64,000 nt of DNA from Cyanobacteriota bacterium (GTDB lineage: Bacteria; Cyanobacteriota; Cyanobacteriia; Cyanobacteriales; Nostocaceae), in assembly GCA_046045965.1 (NCBI GenBank), contig JBJOKS010000013.1, positions 1-64,000 of the forward strand. The letters are read 5' to 3'. The position numbers and the translations under genes are program-made. The notes under the pieces were generated by a model. That model saw nothing but the letters and a program-made list of their open reading frames with translations. It ran no database searches and had not been told where the DNA came from. Below, piece after piece: positions 1-8,620 of this stretch; positions within the stretch are counted from its first letter, which is position 1; the number at the start of each line of letters is the position of its first letter.

Positions 1-373
1 TAACCCTAGTTGATATTGAAGGCACATAACCACCACGCCGAGACTGATTTTGCCAGTTGCGTCACTTGTTGCAGTACAAACATATTATAATATAGCGATC
101 GCCTGTGCCAGTTGCGTAAGTCCTGAAAAGTTACGCGCACCTAATTGGGTGCTATACAAACAGATGTGCTTTTGATCAGCTACTACTGTCTGGGGTTAAT
201 TTAACCGACAAAGTTGAGGAACTTGTGAGATTGGCAACAATTGGTACGATCGTGCAAAATTAACTTCCTACGTGGAGAGAGGGAACAGGGAACAGGAAAA
301 GAATATGTGTAATTTATTCTGCCTAATTACTTATTTGTGGTATTTCTGAGGAGAATCAACTACTGGTTTTGTA

Positions 374-915
374 ATTCTGTCAATCCTGATTCTGATCTTT
401 ATATCTGACATTCTGCAAGTCTAGACGTGAGAGAAGATACCCCCTTCATAGCAAAATAAAGCCTCCAAACTTCGTATTCCATCCACAAAACTTCGACAGG
501 GAGGTGTCCTTTTGGTGCTGTTATGTCAAAAGTAATATCAGCGTAGTATAACCAATTTCCCTCTTTCTTCCATCCTACCTTTTCCCCGAAGCCTTCCATT
601 ATTGTTAAGTGATAATCCATGATTCTACCCCTTCCACCCAAACCTTCATAAATCTTTTTCTGAACTGAAAACCCAAACCTTTCATTGCTATATTTTAGCC
701 ACAAATTGTCAATAGTACGGAGGTCTTCACAAGGGAAATTATCAATAATTCCAGTATCTAACCAACCATCTTCTTCTCGTTTTCCGACACACAACATTAC
801 CCGTTTTGTTTCTTGATCTGCTTCTTTCCATTTCCCTGCTATGAGTAAGTCACGCAGTATACTGTAGTCCATTCCTACTACTGATTTTAATTGCATCCTG
901 TAAATCCTGATTCTG
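374..915. repeat. 21-bp imperfect direct repeats flanking the GUN4-domain gene (374-394 and 895-915)
   Basis: attctgtcaatcctgattctg vs atcctgtaaatcctgattctg, 19/21 identical. Confidence 0.7.
399..896 (-). CDS. Stand-alone GUN4-like domain protein (possibly an N-terminally truncated remnant of a multidomain protein)
   Basis: DYSxLRDLLxAGKWKEADQET, FPCEDLRTIDNLWLKYSNERFGFSVQKKIY and APKGHLP are GUN4-domain motifs; the ATG is contributed by the adjacent repeat. Confidence 0.85.
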   Translation of the reverse strand: MQLKSVVGMDYSILRDLLIAGKWKEADQETKRVMLCVGKREEDGWLDTGIIDNFPCEDLRTIDNLWLKYSNERFGFSVQKKIYEGLGGRGRIMDYHLTIMEGFGEKVGWKKEGNWLYYADITFDITAPKGHLPVEVLWMEYEVWRLYFAMKGVSSLTSRLAECQI

Positions 916-1008
916 TCTAATAATGCCTTGATGGTACAAGCTCCCGGATTTGTCTATGGGGGAAATCCAAAATCTAAAATCTAAAATCGAATGTTCGGAA
1001 AATAATCA

Positions 1009-1341
1009 TTAATTTGAGTGATAATCTTTACAACTAATTGCTTCTTCTGTATTCGCAATGTATGGATTTACAGTACATTTAAGACGATAATTATTGGTAA
1101 AAAACTGGCAATTATGACAGGGTATTTTGTGCATTTCTTGAGCAGTTTTCACAGTCTCTCGTGCTGCTGTCCATAAACTCACAAACACCAGAATCATCAT
1201 AGTCCAAGCGATGAGAAAGCAAATCGGAATCAAAAATGGCTGTATACCATGAATGAGTAAAGATATAAAGTTTAACACGGTCTTTACTAGTACAAGTGAG
1301 GAGTTAGAAACTAATATAACTCCTAACTCCTCATTGATCAC
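1009..1341 (-). CDS. Conserved cyanobacterial small membrane protein with Cys-rich C-terminus (start uncertain)
   Basis: One hydrophobic segment followed by HKIPCxNCQFFTNNYRLKCTVNP...EEAIxCxD. Confidence 0.7.
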   Translation of the reverse strand: MINEELGVILVSNSSLVLVKTVLNFISLLIHGIQPFLIPICFLIAWTMMILVFVSLWTAARETVKTAQEMHKIPCHNCQFFTNNYRLKCTVNPYIANTEEAISCKDYHSN

Positions 1342-1370
1342 TTCTAGCTAAAGATATATTACAGATCAAG

Positions 1371-1455
1371 GAGTCAGAAGTCAGAAGTCAGAAGTCAGAA
1401 GTCAGGAGAAAGATAAAATACTACCTGTTACCTGTTCCCTGTTAACTGTTAACAG
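1371..1455. repeat. STRR-type heptamer tandem repeats
   Basis: (agtcaga)n followed by (acctgtt)n-like units. Confidence 0.85.
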
Positions 1456-2490
1456 TTAAACTCCAGCATGACCTAATGCAATACCTGTTATCAGCATTCC
1501 CAAAACCAAGAAGGGTTGGGCGCTGGCTTGATATTTAACATCATTAGCTATAGGGTCACGCAGAAAATACATATCCTGGAAAGTGATTTGGGGGATGATT
1601 AATAATACCAAAATGGCGGCGTACAAGTTCTCATGAATACTAACGAGATAACCTGCAACTAAACCTTGGAATAAGTCAATCATGACGACACAAATTAAAG
1701 CCGCAGTTTGTACACCAAACATAACTGGTAATGATTTTAAACCTAATTGGCGATCGCCCTCTACACTCTTGAAATCATTAACAATGGCAATACCTAAACC
1801 TGCCAAGCTATAAAATAAGGTGAGAACCACAATTTTCCAATTTAACTCACCAAACAAAGCATGACCAGCCCACCAAGGTAACGCAATGTAACTTGCACCT
1901 AAAGCATAATTTCCTAACCAACCATTTTGTTTTAATTTTAATGGTGGTGCAGAATAAATGTAGGCGATAAAAGATCCAAAAACAGACAACATCAAAACAT
2001 TAGGAAATGAATGACCAGCCCATAAATCTAAGGTGTAGGCTACCCCATATCCTAATAATAGTAAAAGCACAAATTGGCTAATTACTTGTTTTTCAGAAAT
2101 TGCGCCGGAAGGAATAGGACGGTAAGGTTCATTAATAGCGTCAATTTCCCGGTCATAATAATCATTGATAGTTTGAGTGTAACCAGTCAATAATGGACCA
2201 GAAAGCAACATACAAAGGGCGGACTTCAAAACATTTTCTAGAGTCCAAGTGTAGTTACCAGAAGAAGCCGCACCACAGACTACACCCCATATTAAAGGAA
2301 TCCAGGTAATCGGTTTCATCAACTGCAAGCGAATTTTCCAGATTGATGTTTCTCCTGCTGCTGCACCTTTCATTCCCAGAAGTTGGCGAGTTTTCGCATT
2401 GCGGTCTTCTGTATTTGTTACTTCCTGATTTGCAGTTTCTACAGCATCAGTATTTTGAGGATTTTGATTTATGGGAGTTGATTCAGACAT
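1456..2490 (-). CDS. chlG: Chlorophyll synthase (UbiA prenyltransferase family)
   Basis: KIRLQLMKPITWIPLIWG, NDYYDREIDAINEPYRPIPSG, NDFKSVEGDR; start moved to MSEST at 2490 because the upstream extension is translated repeat DNA. Confidence 0.97.
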   Translation of the reverse strand: MSESTPINQNPQNTDAVETANQEVTNTEDRNAKTRQLLGMKGAAAGETSIWKIRLQLMKPITWIPLIWGVVCGAASSGNYTWTLENVLKSALCMLLSGPLLTGYTQTINDYYDREIDAINEPYRPIPSGAISEKQVISQFVLLLLLGYGVAYTLDLWAGHSFPNVLMLSVFGSFIAYIYSAPPLKLKQNGWLGNYALGASYIALPWWAGHALFGELNWKIVVLTLFYSLAGLGIAIVNDFKSVEGDRQLGLKSLPVMFGVQTAALICVVMIDLFQGLVAGYLVSIHENLYAAILVLLIIPQITFQDMYFLRDPIANDVKYQASAQPFLVLGMLITGIALGHAGV

Positions 2491-2500
2491 AAGATGTAAT

Positions 2501-2617
2501 GGGTGATTGGTGATTGGTGATTGGTAAACAAGGGAACAGGGAACAGGGAACAGGGAACAGCTTTTTTTCACTATTTCCCTATTTCCTACTGTCACCTGTC
2601 ACCTGTCACCTGTCACC
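2501..2617. repeat. STRR-type heptamer tandem repeats
   Basis: (ggtgatt)n, (gggaaca)n, (ctgtcac)n. Confidence 0.85.
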
Positions 2618-2625
2618 TTTCAAAA

Positions 2626-3726
2626 CTAAAAAGAAATTATCAAATAACTATTTTGAAACTTAGCTCCGGTGACAGGTCTACCACTGAGAGCAGGGGGTAA
2701 GAAGATATTACGACGATGATCTCCGGCTTCTACCGTCACCTCTGGACCCTGTTGAGTGAGTTTGACTTGTTTTTTGTCAAAACCAGGTAAGAATAAGCGT
2801 ACTTGGCGATTATGTACGTCTATTTCAATTGGTTTGGGAGCCTGTGATGCTTGTTCCACAAAGTTGGGTAAAGCATCTATCAAGGGTTGCCATTCACCGT
2901 TAGACACATCGGGAACAATGCTGATCGGTAGGGGTGTGAATTCTGCTGATAGGTTGGTGCTTGTTTCAGCAGACACTAAAATAGCGCCACCAATAGTTAA
3001 ACCCACTTGTTGAGCAGTACCCCAAAGATAACGGGAATTTGCCACATCAATGGGATCTGAGGTTGTCACCAAAAAGGCAGCAACGCGATTAGGGTCAGCT
3101 AAAGCAGCCCTACCTTGATCGAGAAAATTATTAACTTGGTTGGTAGGTTGGGAGAAGTTATCAGCCGTCCAGTTAATATTAAAAAAGCTAGTAATCAGCG
3201 GTTGAATTAAGGGAGATTCAGAAATTGCCTTACCTAAATCGGAGTTAACAAACAATTGCCGAAACCGCCGCACGTACCAACTGAGAGATTCTGGCATTCC
3301 CAACATTCGCAAGGTGGAAGCGTCCCCTGTGCCATCATAGATAATCGCGTCATATTTGCCACTAGCATCATATTCACGAATAGCATTGAGAGCGAGGGCG
3401 TTGTCCATGCCTGGTAATACTACCAGTTCTTGACCATAAACCTCTTTAAAAATAGGTGTACGGAGGTATTGAGCCTCAAGTTTTTTTACTTCTTCCCAGT
3501 TACGTTCTAGCAGTACAGATGCTTGAAACTGTACTGCTTGTAAGTTGGGAGCGATTTCCTGGGGGTCAGGAGACAGAGTAGTTTCCAGTAAAATTGGCAA
3601 CGTTGGTTCTGCTAATCCTGCTAGGAGTACCCGTTTGCCTTGGGTTGCCAATAGCTTGGCTGCGGCGATCGCTATTTTGCTTCGAGCGATACCGTTTTTG
3701 CCTAAAAATGTCAATATCAAGGCCAT
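2626..3726 (-). CDS. ArsA/Get3-family ATPase-like protein with C-terminal HSP20-like domain (All4481-like)
   Basis: N-terminal LTFLGK...; LPGMD and YDAIIYDG motifs; C-terminal VRLFLPGFDKKQVKLTQxGPEVTVEAGDxRRNIFLP; located next to chlG. Confidence 0.88.
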   Translation of the reverse strand: MALILTFLGKNGIARSKIAIAAAKLLATQGKRVLLAGLAEPTLPILLETTLSPDPQEIAPNLQAVQFQASVLLERNWEEVKKLEAQYLRTPIFKEVYGQELVVLPGMDNALALNAIREYDASGKYDAIIYDGTGDASTLRMLGMPESLSWYVRRFRQLFVNSDLGKAISESPLIQPLITSFFNINWTADNFSQPTNQVNNFLDQGRAALADPNRVAAFLVTTSDPIDVANSRYLWGTAQQVGLTIGGAILVSAETSTNLSAEFTPLPISIVPDVSNGEWQPLIDALPNFVEQASQAPKPIEIDVHNRQVRLFLPGFDKKQVKLTQQGPEVTVEAGDHRRNIFLPPALSGRPVTGAKFQNSYLIISF

Positions 3727-3811
3727 TAGTGATTTCCAATTACCGCCTGTCTGGTCAACTCCAACTTAGCATTACCTAGATACTCTGTGCCTGTGCTTTG
3801 AGGTGTGTATA

Positions 3812-4003
3812 TTACACTGGTTTGATTTCATCTTCAAAAAACCAAGTAGAAAATTTGTCATCAAACCTGACTACAACACCTATTCCACCGCCATCGGTGA
3901 CTTTATAACCTTCGATAATGCCAACTTGTCCGAGTTTTTTGGCGATATTGGCAGATACGCGATCGCGCATACGATAAACCTTAACCTTTTGTCCAATTTC
4001 CAT
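3812..4003 (-). CDS. petP: Cytochrome b6f-associated subunit PetP (DUF2862)
   Basis: 63 aa, MEIGQKVKVxRxRDRV...GYKVTDGxGIGVVVxFDDxxxTWFFEDEI. Confidence 0.85.
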   Translation of the reverse strand: MEIGQKVKVYRMRDRVSANIAKKLGQVGIIEGYKVTDGGGIGVVVRFDDKFSTWFFEDEIKPV

Positions 4004-4189
4004 ATTTAGTTACAATCCAATAATCCAAATCTCAGTGTAGCTGAATCTGGCACTTTGTTAGAAGTTAGGCACTCAGAAATGTTACTTCCCTAGTTATGTT
4101 AGCTGATAATGATACATTTTTTAGACAAAGTGTGCGTATTTTATAAACTTAAGCATATTATAAAAAGTATAATAAATGAATAAACCACC

Positions 4190-4999
4190 GTGAAAACAGA
4201 TACCATTTTCTATAGCTTATTTCAAGAATTTCCTAGCATTTTCTTTGAATTAATTAACCAGTCTCCCACAGAAGCAGTTGCTTATGAATTTACATCCCGT
4301 GAAGTTAAACAACTAGCTTTTCGCTTGGATGGTTTATTTTTGCCGACTACCAAAGATGCCAAAAAACCATTTTACTTAGTGGAAGTGCAATTTCAACCAG
4401 ACGATGATTTATATTATCGGCTATTTGCAGAACTTTGCCTCTACTTGAAACAATACAAACCGCCCCAGCCTTGGCAGGTTGTGATTATCTATCCTAGTCG
4501 TAACATAGAAAGAGAACAGCCTGTACAATTTGGCGAAATCTTGCTATTGGATCGAGTTAAACGCATTTATTTAGATGAGTTAGGAGAGAGTTCTTTAGGG
4601 GTAGGAGTTGTTAAACTGGTAATAGAAACAGAAGAGACAGCACCAAAATTAGCAAAACAGTTAATTGCCCAAGCGAACCAACAAATTAATGATACAACCA
4701 CCAAACGGGATCTGATCAACCTAATTGAAACAATTATCGTCTATAAATTACCCAAAAAAAGCCGCGAGGAGATTGAAGCCATGTTAGGGTTAAGTGAGTT
4801 AAAACAAACCAGAGTTTATCAAGAAGCTTTAGCAGAAGGTAAACAGGAAGGGAGACAGGAAGGGAGACAGGAAGGGATAGCGGAAGCAACCAGAAAATTA
4901 GCTTTAAACTTATTAAGAATTGGTATGAGTTTAGAGCAAATTTCGGAAATAACGGAATTATCTTGGGAACAAGTTCAAGATTTACAAAGGGAAATTTAA
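4190..4999 (+). CDS. Rpn-family/DUF2887 PD-(D/E)XK nuclease-like protein
   Basis: MKTDTIFYxLFQ, FRLDGLFLP, YLVEVQFQ; C-terminal GRQE repeats and helix-turn-helix-like tail. Confidence 0.88.
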   Translation: MKTDTIFYSLFQEFPSIFFELINQSPTEAVAYEFTSREVKQLAFRLDGLFLPTTKDAKKPFYLVEVQFQPDDDLYYRLFAELCLYLKQYKPPQPWQVVIIYPSRNIEREQPVQFGEILLLDRVKRIYLDELGESSLGVGVVKLVIETEETAPKLAKQLIAQANQQINDTTTKRDLINLIETIIVYKLPKKSREEIEAMLGLSELKQTRVYQEALAEGKQEGRQEGRQEGIAEATRKLALNLLRIGMSLEQISEITELSWEQVQDLQREI

Positions 5000-5058
5000 G
5001 AGTTTTAATTATTACTAATTAATCATTTTCTTAGGGTGTATTCGATTAATACACCCTC

Positions 5059-5199
5059 ATGAGTTTATGGTTACGTTGGTATAACGCTGATAGTTGGTTG
5101 CCAACATTAGCAGAAAAAGCAGAAAATGAACACCAACGGGCTGATAAATTAGCAGAAAAATTGCGTTCTCTCGGCATAGATCCTGATAGTTTAAGTTAA
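5059..5199 (+). pseudogene. Isolated C-terminal fragment of a Uma2-family gene (46-aa mini ORF)
   Basis: MSLWLRWYNADSWLPTLAEKAENEHQRADKLAEKLRSLGIDPDSLS* closely matches the C-terminus of the next gene (GLWLRWYNADGWLPT...ENERQRADKLAEKLRDLGIDPDSL). Confidence 0.8.
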
Positions 5200-5209
5200 A
5201 CAAAAAAAG

Positions 5210-5962
5210 ATGTATCAACATAACCCACCTCTATCACCAAAAGAAACCATGCCGACAATGTATGATTTACCTAGCGAATTAATAGGAGAATCAGGGTTGC
5301 CGGACGAATTTCATTGTATACAAGCGGATTTACTCACAGAAACCTGTCAACCTGCCAATTATACATCCGCAGAAATTTTACTTGCTAGTGATTTAAACCT
5401 TTATTATGACCCTCGTCATCCAAATTGGTATAAACGCCCTGATTGGTATATGGTATTAGGAGTTCCTAATACTAACCAACAGGAAGATTTACGTTTAAGT
5501 TACGTGGTTTGGCAAGAAGGAATTGCCCCTTTTTTAGTAGTTGAATTACTTTCACCAGGAACGGAACAAGAAGACTTAGGACAAACCTTGCGAGAAGTTA
5601 ATAAACCCCCGACAAAGTGGGAAGTATATCAACAGATTTTGCGTATTCCCTACTATGTTGTTTATGATCGGTATGAGAATAATTTCCGTGGTTTTAAACT
5701 CAATGGAACTCGCTATGAATCTATAAATTTATCAGATAATCGTTTTTGGTTAGAAGAAATAGAAATGGGTTTAGGTTTATGGCAGGGAACTTATCAAAAT
5801 ACAGAAGGTTTATGGTTACGTTGGTATAATGCTGATGGTTGGTTGCCAACATTTACCGAACGGGTTGAAAGTGAAAGTCAACGTGCAGAAAATGAACGTC
5901 AACGGGCTGATAAACTCGCAGAAAAACTGCGTGATTTAGGAATAGATCCTGATAGTTTGTAA
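5210..5962 (+). CDS. Uma2 (DUF820) family putative endonuclease
   Basis: RPDWYMVLG, VVELLSPGT, YYVVYDR; coiled-coil tail ending LGIDPDSL. Confidence 0.9.
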   Translation: MYQHNPPLSPKETMPTMYDLPSELIGESGLPDEFHCIQADLLTETCQPANYTSAEILLASDLNLYYDPRHPNWYKRPDWYMVLGVPNTNQQEDLRLSYVVWQEGIAPFLVVELLSPGTEQEDLGQTLREVNKPPTKWEVYQQILRIPYYVVYDRYENNFRGFKLNGTRYESINLSDNRFWLEEIEMGLGLWQGTYQNTEGLWLRWYNADGWLPTFTERVESESQRAENERQRADKLAEKLRDLGIDPDSL

Positions 5963-5986
5963 TGAAAGTAATCTTTCTCAGTAAAT

Positions 5987-6019
5987 ATATCCCTGACTTC
6001 TTCAAGGAGTTGGGGATAT
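5987..6019 (+). terminator. Hairpin (dispersed Nostocales palindromic repeat / probable terminator) after Uma2 gene
   Basis: atatccctgacttc...gagttggggatat inverted repeat with G:U pairs. Confidence 0.55.
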
Positions 6020-6142
6020 TTGGTATAAATGCTATTCCCGTAGTTTAGGACAGGCAAATTCTGACAAATTGGCTAAAATTAATGCTGACAATCCGATAAA
6101 ATGCCCGAATATCTTGGCTGTGGTGTGTAGTGGTATTTGAGG

Positions 6143-6949
6143 ATGACCCTATCTATCAAAGACAATTTCACGAAATTGCAAGTACAGCGTTATTGGGAAC
6201 TGCTGCAAGTTTTAGTAGCGCGGACGTTGAAAGTTCGTTATCGGGGTTCATTCCTTGGTGTTTATTGGTCACTATTAAACCCATTAATAATGACAGGTTT
6301 ATACACGGCAATTTTTGGAGTTACCTTCGCATCATATTATGGTGACTCAATACTCAATTATGTCTTAGCAGCATTTACAGGTTTGGTAGTAATTAATTTT
6401 TTCTCAGCTTCCACATCCCAAGCCTTGCTAAGTGTAGTAGGTAATGGCGCATTATTGAATAAAATTCAGCTTCCAGTTAGTGTTTTTCCTGTATCAATGA
6501 TTGTCTCTAATATATTTCAGTTTTGCGTCGGTGCATTTCCGTTACTAGCATTGATGACTTTACTTAATTCCCAAAGTCTAATAAATGTCCTAGCCTTGGT
6601 ATTTCCATTTCTGGCATTAATTTTAGTATCTACAGGAATTGGATTTTTAGTAAGTGCTTTATACGTATTTTTTAGAGACTTACCTTACTTTTATGAATTG
6701 ATTGTATTTGTTATGTGGATAAGTAGCCCTATATTTTATCCAGCAGCTATTGTACCAAAACAGGTACAACCATTTTTAAACTTAAATCCCTTATCACCGA
6801 TAATTGAAAGTTTGCGTCAAATTACATTATCAGAAACATTACCAGATTTAGGTTTAATTTGGGGAGCTTTACTAAGTGGCATCATTATTTTATCTTTGGG
6901 ATGGACTTGTTTTCATATTTGGCGACATCAATTTATGGATTTATTGTAA
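6143..6949 (+). CDS. wzm: Polysaccharide ABC exporter permease (Wzm)
   Basis: LKVRYRGSFLGVYWSLLNPL, multiple TM helices, SALYVFFRD, NPLSPIIESLR. Confidence 0.92.
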   Translation: MTLSIKDNFTKLQVQRYWELLQVLVARTLKVRYRGSFLGVYWSLLNPLIMTGLYTAIFGVTFASYYGDSILNYVLAAFTGLVVINFFSASTSQALLSVVGNGALLNKIQLPVSVFPVSMIVSNIFQFCVGAFPLLALMTLLNSQSLINVLALVFPFLALILVSTGIGFLVSALYVFFRDLPYFYELIVFVMWISSPIFYPAAIVPKQVQPFLNLNPLSPIIESLRQITLSETLPDLGLIWGALLSGIIILSLGWTCFHIWRHQFMDLL

Positions 6950-7692
6950 TGGAAGTAATTCGCCTGGATCAAGTTTCACTGTGGAGACGAACACAAGAAG
7001 AGTTTTCTTACGACTTGAAAAAAACTTTGCTTTCTATCGTGGAAGGTAAATATCGTCAACCTGCCAAAAAGTTAGTTTTGAATAATCTTAATTTAGTAGT
7101 TAATAAAGGAGAAAAAATAGGAATTATTGGTGCGAATGGTTCTGGAAAATCCACACTTTTAAAGATAATTTCTGGTATTCTTAAACCCACTCAGGGAACA
7201 GTAAGAGTAAAGGGAAAAATTGCTCCTTTAATTGAACTAGGAGCAGGTTTTGATCCAGAAATATCAGTGATGGATAATATTGTACTTTATGGTGTTTTAC
7301 TAGGATTTTCGAGAATAGAAATGCGAGCAAGAGCGCATTCGATTTTGGAGTTTTCAGAATTACAAGATTATGCTTTAGTTCCAGTTAAGGGTTTATCTTC
7401 TGGTATGGTAGCAAGATTAGGTTTTTCTATTGCTACAGATGTGCAACCTGATATTTTAATTTTAGATGAAGTTTTATCAGTAGGAGATGAGAGTTTTAAG
7501 AATAAATGCAAACAAAGAATCGAAAGATTTTGGGATGCAGAAGCAACAGTTTTGGTAGTATCCCATGATTTGGGTTTTATGAAACAGTCTTGTCAAAGAA
7601 TAATTTGGTTAGACAAAGGAAAAATCAATTTTATAGGTACTGCGGAACGTGCAGTAGAGTCTTATCTCGCTGGTCAAGTCATCCCTGTATAA
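6949..7692 (+). CDS. wzt: Polysaccharide ABC exporter ATPase (Wzt), without C-terminal carbohydrate-binding domain
   Basis: Walker A GANGSGKST, LSSGMVARLGFS signature, ILILDEVLSVGD; TAATG overlap with wzm puts the start at 6949. Confidence 0.92.
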   Translation: MEVIRLDQVSLWRRTQEEFSYDLKKTLLSIVEGKYRQPAKKLVLNNLNLVVNKGEKIGIIGANGSGKSTLLKIISGILKPTQGTVRVKGKIAPLIELGAGFDPEISVMDNIVLYGVLLGFSRIEMRARAHSILEFSELQDYALVPVKGLSSGMVARLGFSIATDVQPDILILDEVLSVGDESFKNKCKQRIERFWDAEATVLVVSHDLGFMKQSCQRIIWLDKGKINFIGTAERAVESYLAGQVIPV

Positions 7693-8620
7693 ATTTAATT
7701 CGTGATCACAGAGTGGGTAGTTATGTAAAGTTTTGTTAAAGATTCACTATTTATGCTGACATAGCAGAAATGTTGCAGGATTTATAGTCACAGGGTGTAA
7801 CTGGAATAGGTGGAGTTAATACAACTCAGTTGTAAGTTCCTTCATCACCTCCTATTTCTTTGATATCCCTATGTTTGCATTAATAAAACTGACCATTGAT
7901 ATTCTCCAAACTGCTTAAAAACTAGACTTCAGATATCTTCTACGTTGTTCAACCAATAGGGATAATCTAGATTTTAAGAGTTAGTAAGTCAATTCTCATT
8001 CAATCATAAACTGCATCCCTGTTTAAGTTTCAGGTGCTACAGGGAAGAGTTGCAATCTAGTTGTAAAAGCTTTTTATAAAGCTAAAAATGTGCTGTTCTC
8101 TAAAGGTATTTTTATGAAAAATTAGCCATGTGAATACACATGAAACATCAAGTTTTATGCAGTCTCATTTATTGCTCATAAACTCAATTTTCAGGATCGC
8201 TACAAGTAAAATTACATCATCACCAAGAATGTCAATGTATAACTTTACATCTGGAAGCTAAATGAAATCAAAAACCAAAGATAACAAGAGATTTATAGAT
8301 TATTACTGTTAAATATTTAGCCAGTATAGCTAGACATAAATCGAGAGTTATTTAGGTGTAAAAAATATCATTCTTTATTTAAACAAAGTCATTTTTCTAA
8401 GAAAATAGTCACTTTGGAAAAATCAGACAAACCCAATTATACATATATTTTGAATAAATTTGGGTCGAGAATGTATCAGTTAAAAGTAATCTCATTACAG
8501 AATAAATGGTTTTTAATTAAGTGTTTATTCTGTTGGCATTTCAACTGATGGTTTGGCATAACAGTTACTGAAGAAGATTTTTATTAGGCAATATAAAATA
8601 TAAAGTTGAGTAAAAAAACG

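Noticed and set aside
1..260. Possible gene start running off the left edge, and a repeated tgccagttgcgt 12-mer (51 and 106)
   Set aside because: Too little sequence to assign a product; the repeat may be a MITE-end remnant but no partner end was found.
2491..2595. N-terminal extensions given by the ORF track for chlG (and likewise DUF3119, panB, rbcL, rbcX, wzt, second asnB)
   Set aside because: The extensions run through repeats or overlap upstream genes; family-typical starts lie downstream.
4190..4999. Rpn/DUF2887 genes as active transposases or IS elements
   Set aside because: No terminal inverted repeats or target duplications are visible; the family is PD-(D/E)XK nuclease-like rather than a demonstrated transposase.
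5059..5962. Duplicated Uma2 3' end as a possible diversity-generating retroelement TR/VR pair
   Set aside because: Differences are not adenine-specific, include an indel, and there is no reverse transcriptase in the window.
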